A stretch of 33,806 nt of DNA from an uncultured virus (IMG/VR IMGVR_UViG_3300036961_000217). Lineage: Duplodnaviria > Heunggongvirae > Uroviricota > Caudoviricetes. The notes under the pieces were generated by a model. The model was given only the letters and a program-made list of their open reading frames with translations. It had not been told where the DNA came from and made no database searches. The stretch is from the IMG/VR virus record IMGVR_UViG_3300036961_000217; one strand, given 5' to 3'. Shown here piece by piece: positions 17,873 to 26,500 of this stretch (its first letter is position 1; each line of letters begins with the position of its first letter). Position numbers and translations under genes: made by a program.

Positions 17873-18721
17873 CTATTTATGGTTAAAGAACCTTTTCCAT
17901 TTGTCGAATTTGGTTGTATTAATAAAGGATCTAAAGTCATACTTATGACAAACCTCCATAAAACCATCGATATTCAGATTGTCATAAGGTAGATCCTCAA
18001 TGGGTTTAAACCCATCCATTGGAAGACTTACGAGTTCCAAGTTTCTCTTATACGTCTCTTGTCCATCATCGGACATAAGATTTGAATATGCCTTGCTATT
18101 CTCTTGGAGAAAACCAAGTAAATATTTTCTTGCTGTTAGTTCGCCAAAACCAGGGACACCTTTTATATTGTCACTTGTACAACCACTAATTGCTTTGATA
18201 TCTATCCATGATTTCGGCTCCAAACCATGAGTGCGTAAGTACCAATCTCTTGTCAAGGTAGCCTTGGTTTGTGGACTATAAATTGTGCAATAGTCCAGAA
18301 GTTGATGGAGATCATTGTCACTAGAAATAACTGTGAAATCCTCATCGAAATTTTGTGTAATCGATGCAATCACATCGTCAGCCTCATATCCTGCCTGCAT
18401 GAAAATATTTGAAAACCCCATAGCAGGAAGGACTTCAGAAAGGATAATTTCTCTCTGAATATGCATGGCTTTGATGAGATCAAGAATATCTGGAGGTTGT
18501 TCACTTCGGTTTTCTTTGTATTCTGGATAGAGCCTCTTTCTTTTTGATTTACGAGAATCCACGGCAAAAACAATCTCATTGGTTTGGAATTTCTCAGACC
18601 AAGTTAGAAGGAGGTTTAAAAATCCAAAAATGACACCTGTTTCAATATCCTTGGTGGATAACCCCCTCAGCGAATACATCGACATGTAACAGACATTTGA
18701 TACGTCAATGACGAGGATCAT
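17873..18721 (-). CDS. 5'-3' exonuclease / flap endonuclease
   Basis: ILVID, RKRLYPEYKENR, YEADDVIA, SSDNDLHQL, SDNIKGVPGFGELTA (H3TH). Confidence 0.92.
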   Translation of the reverse strand: MILVIDVSNVCYMSMYSLRGLSTKDIETGVIFGFLNLLLTWSEKFQTNEIVFAVDSRKSKRKRLYPEYKENRSEQPPDILDLIKAMHIQREIILSEVLPAMGFSNIFMQAGYEADDVIASITQNFDEDFTVISSDNDLHQLLDYCTIYSPQTKATLTRDWYLRTHGLEPKSWIDIKAISGCTSDNIKGVPGFGELTARKYLLGFLQENSKAYSNLMSDDGQETYKRNLELVSLPMDGFKPIEDLPYDNLNIDGFMEVCHKYDFRSFINTTKFDKWKRFFNHK

Positions 18722-19833
18722 TCTGTATCGTTCCAATATTTAGGTTTTCTATCTATCTTAGATTTTATTTCATTCTCAACTTCTGACCAGCACTCTCCCA
18801 CGATCTGTTTTAATTTTCCTTCGTATTGTTTGTTTTCAATATGTTTAATTATCGACGATCTTACTAACTTCTTTTCAGGGTCTATGTTCAATGACACATA
18901 ATCTTCTTCTGCTAGTGTTAGTTTACCAGTCCTTTTTTCTACCCCCCAAAACCCTTCGTTAATCATCCATTCGACAGATGCTCCGATATCGTCAATACCA
19001 TAATCATAGTAAACAGGGAACGATATTTGTCGAATTTTTCCTGTCACTTTGTTTTTTGTGATTTTGCAATGTGTCCAATGCCCTATCTCCCTATCCTTTT
19101 CTCTTACACTAACTGTAATCTTTTTTCCTTCAGAAAGCCATAATGCGTGAGTTCGATAGAATTCTAGCGCATACCCACCAGCTTGTTTCTTGCTTGGACC
19201 AAATGAAACTCCAATATTGGATCTTACCTGTGAAATAATAAATAGAAGAGAATTATGTTCTTCTATCCTACCAATAATTTGTGGGAAAGCAGCGCTTGAC
19301 ACTACCGCTTTCTCTGTCTTCCATCCTGTTTTAGCAACAGCGTTACCAGCCTCAACTGCATCTACGTCTCCAATAGCTGTCAAAGCGTCAAAACTATCTG
19401 TTACCTGAATAATAGGTCCAGATGAATAACGATATAGATCATGATGCCATTCTTGTATCGTTCTTGCTCTAGTACGATCTTCAGGAAGAAATATCATTTT
19501 TTCAAATTTACTTCCAAACATGCTTTCAAGATCGAAATTCATTGTTGCTTCTGGTAAGTCGTAAATAAATGAGTAATCATTTAAACTCTTGTTTCTTACA
19601 GCTTCAGCGCACATTGTCAAGGCCAACATTGATTTCCCTGAACTACTATCTCCTATCACATTTACAAATGATCCAAGCAAATACCCACCATCCAATTTAT
19701 CACTTAATGCTAGATCAAGTATAGTACATCCACTAGATACGAATTTAGGTATTTTTACCTCTTTTTGTTTTGGATTTTTTAGACCCTGTTCTACATCTTC
19801 TACGTTTACAGGTTCCTTCTTTTTTCTTCCCAT
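18718..19833 (-). CDS. recA: RecA/UvsX-like recombinase
   Basis: SSGCTILDLAL, Walker A GDSSSGKS, DSFDAL, ISQVRSNIG, GGYALEFY, KNKV, YGID. Confidence 0.9.
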   Translation of the reverse strand: MGRKKKEPVNVEDVEQGLKNPKQKEVKIPKFVSSGCTILDLALSDKLDGGYLLGSFVNVIGDSSSGKSMLALTMCAEAVRNKSLNDYSFIYDLPEATMNFDLESMFGSKFEKMIFLPEDRTRARTIQEWHHDLYRYSSGPIIQVTDSFDALTAIGDVDAVEAGNAVAKTGWKTEKAVVSSAAFPQIIGRIEEHNSLLFIISQVRSNIGVSFGPSKKQAGGYALEFYRTHALWLSEGKKITVSVREKDREIGHWTHCKITKNKVTGKIRQISFPVYYDYGIDDIGASVEWMINEGFWGVEKRTGKLTLAEEDYVSLNIDPEKKLVRSSIIKHIENKQYEGKLKQIVGECWSEVENEIKSKIDRKPKYWNDTE

Positions 19834-20048
19834 TACTCATCTTCCTCTGTATTCTTGACAAGAATAGCGTAAGGAGCAATAGGCTTTATTGCCATTACGC
19901 CCCTGCCATCTATACGCACAGCATCCTTTTCTATCGCATTCCCTACGCTTATACTTCCTCGGTTTGTTTGGAAATCAACACCTATCACGTTTTCAAAATC
20001 ACAGTGTTCTACTTTACCATTTTTCTGAAGCGAAACTCTGATATTCAT
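19833..20048 (-). CDS. Hypothetical protein
   Basis: AGGAG RBS and TAATG coupling to recA. Confidence 0.6.
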   Translation of the reverse strand: MNIRVSLQKNGKVEHCDFENVIGVDFQTNRGSISVGNAIEKDAVRIDGRGVMAIKPIAPYAILVKNTEEDE

Positions 20049-20069
20049 GTGATCTCCTATGGTTTAGAA

Positions 20070-20141
20070 TAGTCCTGGTTGGGATCGAACCAACAGCCTG
20101 ACCATTATAAGTGATCTGCTCTACCATTGAGCTACAGGACT
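20070..20141 (-). tRNA. tRNA-Ile (anticodon UAU), no encoded CCA
   Basis: Full cloverleaf: AGTCCTG/CAGGACT acceptor, GCTC/GAGC D-arm, GATCA-CTTATAA-TGGTC anticodon arm, GTTGG-TTCGATC-CCAAC T-arm. Anticodon at 20107-20109. Confidence 0.92.
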
Positions 20142-20155
20142 ATTCTGAATGTTAA

Positions 20156-21415
20156 TTACGCCCTTCTTCTCCTACGAGTTGGTTTTTCTTCCTCCGCTTT
20201 TTTCAACTCATCTTGCCTGTCTTGGCAACGATGGAAAAGCTCGTCGCTACAATTATCGCAGAGATTATCGCTCAGACAGTCAACACCGAATTCTTTACCT
20301 TCAGGACACTCATCATCTTTTGGACTCTCCTGAGTGCGTCCTCGCTTTGCTGGACCAGGCTCGTCAAGCTCATCAGAGGTTGTCGTTCCTCTCCTTCTTC
20401 TAGTTGGAGGGGTTTCTTCAGGCTCTTCATCATCCTGACTTCGACCTCTCCTTCTGGCGGGAGTAGTATCGTCTTCAGGTTCTTCAACATTCTTTCTTGG
20501 CCTTCCACGTCCACGAGTAGCAGGAGGTTGAGTCTCTTCCGGTTCTTCGTCTTCAGGCTCAGCAGGGGCTGCAGCTCTACGTCCTCTACGAGAAGGAGCG
20601 GGAGTTTCCTCCTCTTCGGGATTTCCAGATTTTGCATAATAAATCTTAGCAACTTCGTCATAGGTCATACGCTTCAGAAGATCACCGATTGGATACTTAC
20701 AAGCCAGTTCGAAGAATTCATCCTCGATCACATATTTTTCCTTGGTGGAAGGATCGATACGTTCTTCAAATTGGTGCCCAAGGAATTCTGCAAATTGCTC
20801 ACCCTTCTTTTTCACGATGAATTTAATAGTTTTGCCAAAGTCTAGGTCGTAATACTCAATCATCTCTCCAGATCGACCCTGTTTCTTGATTGCGTCAAGT
20901 TTTTCATGCATGTAAGCAGTTGGAACTTCCCAAAGCTGTACCCCTTTGTCTTCCTCTTCTCCCCCGTCTCTGACGACAATGTAGTAGAGCTGGCGACGAT
21001 ATGTTCGAAGCTCTTCCCAAATTTTCTTCCTCTTGTCATCATCTTCTTCTGCTTTTTGCCTCTTCGCAAGGTCTTCACAGATTGGGCAACGCTCAAGATA
21101 ATTTGCTTTGGGGCAGAGCACCCATGCCCCTTCAGGACCAACATTCTTATGGATGTATTGAATTGCGGTGTAACAGAAGTCCCCTTCCCTATACGGCTTT
21201 ACCCAAGGTTCGTTGGGGAAATTTTTGGTATAAGGAAACATGACAAGATCGATGTAAAACTCTTTTCCCTTCTCATCACCCTTGGCGAACCAAAGATTGA
21301 TTTCATTTGGGGTATTGAAATAGGTTTCATAAATCGTTGAAGAGGTTTTCAGATCACTGTCCCGGCCTTTGTTCTCATTCATGTACGCTCTTGCTCTTTT
21401 TCTCAGTTCACTCAT
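20156..21415 (-). CDS. Single-stranded DNA-binding protein, gp32-like, with long charged tail
   Basis: H..VG...VLCP...CPICE zinc motif, LYYIVVR...GVQLWE, YDLDFGKTI. Replication-cluster context. Confidence 0.72.
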   Translation of the reverse strand: MSELRKRARAYMNENKGRDSDLKTSSTIYETYFNTPNEINLWFAKGDEKGKEFYIDLVMFPYTKNFPNEPWVKPYREGDFCYTAIQYIHKNVGPEGAWVLCPKANYLERCPICEDLAKRQKAEEDDDKRKKIWEELRTYRRQLYYIVVRDGGEEEDKGVQLWEVPTAYMHEKLDAIKKQGRSGEMIEYYDLDFGKTIKFIVKKKGEQFAEFLGHQFEERIDPSTKEKYVIEDEFFELACKYPIGDLLKRMTYDEVAKIYYAKSGNPEEEETPAPSRRGRRAAAPAEPEDEEPEETQPPATRGRGRPRKNVEEPEDDTTPARRRGRSQDDEEPEETPPTRRRRGTTTSDELDEPGPAKRGRTQESPKDDECPEGKEFGVDCLSDNLCDNCSDELFHRCQDRQDELKKAEEEKPTRRRRRA

Positions 21416-21418
21416 GTT

Positions 21419-21700
21419 TTAGTTTCCTTTCGATTGTATTTTTGACGCGATAGCAATAAAAAACTGTGCATCAAGCATTGTTAATTCAAGTGCATCGTCA
21501 TGACCAAATTTTTCTCGATATTTTTCATATGTTTTAATTCGGAGCGTAGCAGTTCCAAGATACATTTTCTCCATAACAGAATATATTGCAGGGCCATATT
21601 AATTAATTGTTTCTGCAATATTATCTGCGAGTGGCTGCAGTCCTTGTGCCAGTTTAATAAATTCACCAATCTGGTTCGTATCATCTTCATCAAATTTCAT
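21419..21700 (-). pseudogene. 94-codon gene interrupted by an in-frame TAA at 21599-21601
   Basis: AAGGAG RBS, then MKFDEDD...AETIN*YGPAIYSVMEKMYLG...KIQSKGN*. Ends 3 nt before the SSB start. Confidence 0.7.
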
Positions 21701-22196
21701 TCTTGTTCTCCTTGTCAAATCTTGCCCAACACTTGTCTTTGTCTCTGAAGTAATCACAACGAGAGAAGCCATGACCCCAGGAAGAATGGCATTCTTCCCA
21801 CTCTGGTTTGAGATCGTAATTGACTGTTTGATACCACCATGCAGGACATACAAACAATCTCATTTCAATTCCAGATGGAAAGTTTTTTGGATTCTCAAGT
21901 TTGCTCCACTGGTCATATGGAATTCCACCGAATATGTCTAGATCAAAAACTCCAAGTTCTGGTGTTTCCCCTTTTCCAATACATACTCCTGGATTGGCTT
22001 GATAGACTCTTTCTATCCCCATTCGTTGTTTTCTTTCTTTAAAATCGTCATATTCGATAATATGGGTATAACATCCAGTTCCTTTACATTTATAACACAC
22101 TACTGCGGAACCATCTCTTTCAGCCAATCCAACATACAATCCAGTTCCCTTGCATTCTTTGCACTCTTCATTAATTTCAATCGAATGATGTGTCAT
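21690..22196 (-). CDS. Hypothetical protein with DnaJ-type CxxCxGxG zinc finger
   Basis: CKECKGTG and CYKCKGTG, plus a further Cys cluster. Confidence 0.7.
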   Translation of the reverse strand: MTHHSIEINEECKECKGTGLYVGLAERDGSAVVCYKCKGTGCYTHIIEYDDFKERKQRMGIERVYQANPGVCIGKGETPELGVFDLDIFGGIPYDQWSKLENPKNFPSGIEMRLFVCPAWWYQTVNYDLKPEWEECHSSWGHGFSRCDYFRDKDKCWARFDKENKNEI

Positions 22197-22778
22197 TTAT
22201 TCTCCTTGTTTTCTTCTCGCTCGTCTTTTTATTGTCTCATTTGTCTTTTCTCTTGATCTCTCCTCTAGTTCTCTTTCTCTTTTGTTTTCAATTTCCTCCT
22301 TCAGTTCTGTAGGAAGCTTTGCGCTATAGAAACCACTCACCATTAATTTTGTGAGATTGTCCATAGCTGACTTCCTATGTTCAAATGCTTCTTTCGCTCC
22401 TTTAAAGACATTGATCTTGTGTTCTGCCTCTGCCATTACCTTGTTGAAATCATCACAAATAAAACGATAATTATCTAAGGCTTTTTGATACTCATCACGA
22501 CTGATCACCCATACTTCTCTTAATTTGTCACTGGGTGACTTTGATAATCCATGATCTTTATAGTTGGTAAGGATTTTTAACTCAAGTTTAGCTCTTACCA
22601 ATTCAAGATCGTCTTTCGCCTGTGACTTCTCAAGATCATATTTTGATTTGAGTTTATCCCTTTCTTCGATAGCATCTGCATGAGCTTCTGCATATTTTAG
22701 AAATCTATTTGGATGATCTTCCAATAAATCAGCAAGCTCATATTTGTTGATTTCAAGTTCGTCATGAAAATCACTCAT
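22197..22778 (-). CDS. Putative UvsY-like recombination mediator
   Basis: All-helical pattern ELEIN..L..P...Y and GA.EAF.HRK..M resembles UvsY. Near SSB and RecA. Family call is weak. Confidence 0.45.
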   Translation of the reverse strand: MSDFHDELEINKYELADLLEDHPNRFLKYAEAHADAIEERDKLKSKYDLEKSQAKDDLELVRAKLELKILTNYKDHGLSKSPSDKLREVWVISRDEYQKALDNYRFICDDFNKVMAEAEHKINVFKGAKEAFEHRKSAMDNLTKLMVSGFYSAKLPTELKEEIENKRERELEERSREKTNETIKRRARRKQGE

Positions 22779-22974
22779 TAGGAACTTCTTTCTTTTCAGC
22801 TTCTAGTCGGCTGATTTCTAATTCTAACCACTTATCAAGTTTTTTAAATACTGATTCATTCATAACAAGTAATTCAGATTGTTTAAATAAAATTTCAGCC
22901 TGTTTCTTTACATTAGTATTATTAATCATTGCTGTTTCATTCACAAGATCATTATATTCTTTTATGTCCATCAT
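22771..22974 (-). CDS. Hypothetical protein
   Basis: Overlaps both neighbouring genes, 67 aa. Confidence 0.55.
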   Translation of the reverse strand: MMDIKEYNDLVNETAMINNTNVKKQAEILFKQSELLVMNESVFKKLDKWLELEISRLEAEKKEVPNE

Positions 22975-23500
22975 ATCCCCCCTATAGCCTGGACTTTGTC
23001 ACTGAAGAATTTAATTCCCCTTTCAAATTCACTCTTGTTTTTGTTTGAGTGCAAAATAGAAGCAGGGTGCAAGCAATAACAAACATAACATCCATAATCT
23101 TCATTCCATTCTATTGTCGCATTCTTCTTCGTTATCCCTTTGTCTTCTCCTGTAAAGAAGTACATTGCAGTTTTTCCTGAAGCCAAAATAATGAACGGTT
23201 TGACCTGTTCGATTTCTTCCTTAAGCCATCCACTACAAGCCTCGACATGCTCCTTATTTGGAGTTTTGGTTTTCTTCGGGAAACATTTGCATGTGTTTGT
23301 GACATGAAATAGTGTTCTATCCAAATCGTATTTCCCCAATTCAGACCAAATGACTTTTCCTGCGGGACCGACCAAACCAACTCCTTGCCTGTCCTCGTAA
23401 GCCCCAGGTGCCTCCGCAATGATCATCATGTTGTGATCAGAAGGGCTGGGCGAGACAGGTCTGGCGCATTCCGCTCTCAAACCACATTTCCTACAATCAA
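22971..23500 (-). other. Family-4 (Fe-S) uracil-DNA glycosylase domain of DnaE
   Basis: CRKC, AEAPG..E, VGPAG, TNTCKCFP, EAC..WL..EI..VKP, LHPA. Confidence 0.88.
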
Positions 23501-26500
23501 GGAGTTCTCCGTTCAATTTGAATTTTGACTGCTGCACACAAAGACTCAGTTCAAACTCACCTCTTAAAGCACTTTCTATTATATCATCATTTTGCGAATA
23601 TCTTCCAAGAATTTTCAAGAGTTTTGGGTATGCTTCCCTTGGATCTGCTAAGAGTTCGAAATCAAAGTATCTTAATGCTTCCTTGGGTAATTTGGCATGT
23701 GGGTCGAAAGCCCTTATGTTCTCCAAGGTGGTTTGGACACTCGGAGTAAAACTCCTCTCCTCTGTGATGAGTTTCTTGCCCTTTTTTCGGATTCGACCTC
23801 CAGCAGCGATTTCTACTGCCATTTTCTCGCCAACACCGTGAATGGCATTGAACGGGAGATACAATTTGTTTCCGTCTGCTTTCCATCTTAATGCATCCGA
23901 GATCCCAATCTTGGGAGGTATTAATTGCAATCCCATCGATCTTGCATCTTTAATCATCTCTGGTATATGTTTCTCAGTTCCATACGTTAGAAATGCAGCC
24001 ACATATTCTGTTGGATAATATACTTTTGTATACAATGTCCAATAGCCAAGAACAGAGTAGCTAAGGGCGTGAGATAGATTGAAGCTATAGGAAGCATGTT
24101 CTAATAAACCTTCCCAAAATTCATTTACTTCTTTTTCAGACATGGTTCTTTGCTTATAACATCCTTTTGCAAACATATCCTTATATGGTTCAAACTCTTT
24201 AGCGTCTCTTTTTTTACCAATAATCTTTCTGATTTTATCTGCAATAGGATATGGCAGTCCTGCTACTTTATGAAAGATATTCATTACTTGTTCTTGGTAT
24301 GTTATACATGAAAAAGTATCTTTTGTAACTTCTTCATATATAGGATGTTTTTTCTCCCAATTACCTCCATTCTTTCTCCTGATATATTCATCTAGCATCC
24401 CACTGTTTGCGGGTCCAGGTCTTCCTAATGCAACTGCGTCTGACCATTCAAGGATGTTGTTTACTTTTGATTTTCGTATTACATCTTGAATTGCCCACCC
24501 CATTTGAAATATACCAGTGAAATTTCCATTATTGAGTGCTTCATAAACTTTTGGATCGTCCAATGGGATCTTGCTATAGTCCAAATCAAGATTATAATTT
24601 TCTTTGATTAGATCGTGAGCATAGTTTAGTACAGTTAATGTTTTCAGACCTAAAACATCCAATTTGAGCAGACCTGCATGTTCGCAATCTGACATGTCCC
24701 AACCAACAACAATATTGTTTCCTCTTTCTGCTAAATATGTTTGTCTCCCATCTGATAGTGATTCATTAGATATAACGGCTCCGGCAGCATGTCTCGAATA
24801 ACCTCTGCATTGTCCTTCAAGTTTCAAAGCATGTTTAATGACATCTGGGTGCTTATAATGGAACATCTGCTGTTTTATATCTTCTTTTTTCTTCTCTCTT
24901 TCCTTATCTCTTTTATTGTTATCTATTTCCTCGCATTTTTTCTGATATTGTTCAACTTCTAGATCAATTGCGTCTTGTACTGATTTATCAACAGATTTGG
25001 CGAATGTGTCTACTTCTTTTAAATCAATATCAAATACTCGTGCTACATCTCTAATTACCAATCTTGCTTTCATTTTCAAGAACGTTGAAATACCAGCGAC
25101 ATTTTCATTTCCATATGTGTCTCTAAGATACTGAATCGCTTCTCCTCTTAAGGTGTCTGGTATATCCATATCGATATCTGGCAGATCAATACGTTCTTCA
25201 TTAATAAAACGAGAAAACAATAGTCCGTACTTGATTGGGTCAACGCCAGTAATTCCAACCAAATATGTGACAAGAGAACCAGCAGCACTCCCTCGTCCTG
25301 GTGAATAAACAGAACTATGTTTTTTTACCCAATTTATGAAGTCCCAGACAATGAGAAAATACCTGACAAATCCTTTAGATTTAATGACAGATAATTCGTA
25401 ATCCATTCTTTGTTCGTATTCAAGTTCAAACAGACTCCCTATTTTATCGTAGTATCCTTTAACGCAAAGATTCTCAAGAAATGCGAATTCGTCTCCTGTG
25501 ACGCTAGGAGGAAGTGGAAGATGAACTTCCTGTTTTGAGATTTGAAATCCACTGCATTTTCTTGCAATCTCAACAGTCCTCTTCATAGCGGGAATATAGA
25601 TCGATCTTGGAAGTTTTTGCTTGGAAAATCCGCTGATCATTTCATCTGCGGTTGCTAAATGGAGATTGTGAAAATCAAACTTCCATCGGTTTGGATCATT
25701 CCATTTTGCTCCTCTCTGAATAGCCAGAAGAACCTCTTGTGATTCTTCGTCTTCTGGAAGGACGTAGTGGCAATTATGAACAGCTAATCCATTTGCGATA
25801 TAAGAATTGTCATTTTCCACTTCCATATTATATAATGGTTCTTTTAAATCAACTATTTGAATCTTGCTTAATTTGACCCCGAAAAATAGAGAATTTTCTA
25901 CATATCTTTTGCGAAAGCATTTAATTGTTGATAATGTATTTTCGATCTCTAAAAAACGACATAATATCACATATTGATAACCGGTTACATTAAGACTATA
26001 TAGATTTTTCCATTGTGATGGATTTGCATTTGGATTTTTATGCGTGGTATCCTGATGGGTTGTAATCATTGGAAGCGAAATAATTCCAATCGCATTAAGA
26101 ATGGCCATGATTTCGTAGCATAATATTTTCGATGTCGTACAAGCAGCAGTAATCGCTGATTTTTTTGGTATAATACGTCCATCGGAAGTGATATACCCAA
26201 ATAATATCCTAGACATTTGTTTTTCCGAGAACAAATTAAATGGGCCTACTCCATTGATATATGGCAAGTGTTTGTTTCTTGCCCCGTTCCCACATACCTT
26301 GCAAAAGAATTTTGAAAATACAGAACTTGTAATTATAGCTGCTATACAATTTTCTTTTTTTACGATATAAGGGGAAAAGCCAAAAGACGTAAAATAATCT
26401 ATTATAATATCTATTTGCCATTTTTTATCAATATGAGTTGAAAATCCAATATTGTATCCGTCAACATTTCCATTCGCTATATACATCCCAATAATTTCAA

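Noticed and set aside
20213..21340. + strand ORFs of 210 and 144 aa
   Set aside because: Antisense shadows of the SSB gene.
21481..21693. 70-aa - strand ORF from the track
   Set aside because: A different frame with a good RBS and operon fit (21419-21700, internal stop) explains the region better.
22971..23500. UdgX-type covalent uracil-binding protein
   Set aside because: The KRRIH R-loop after the KC/KH motif is absent.
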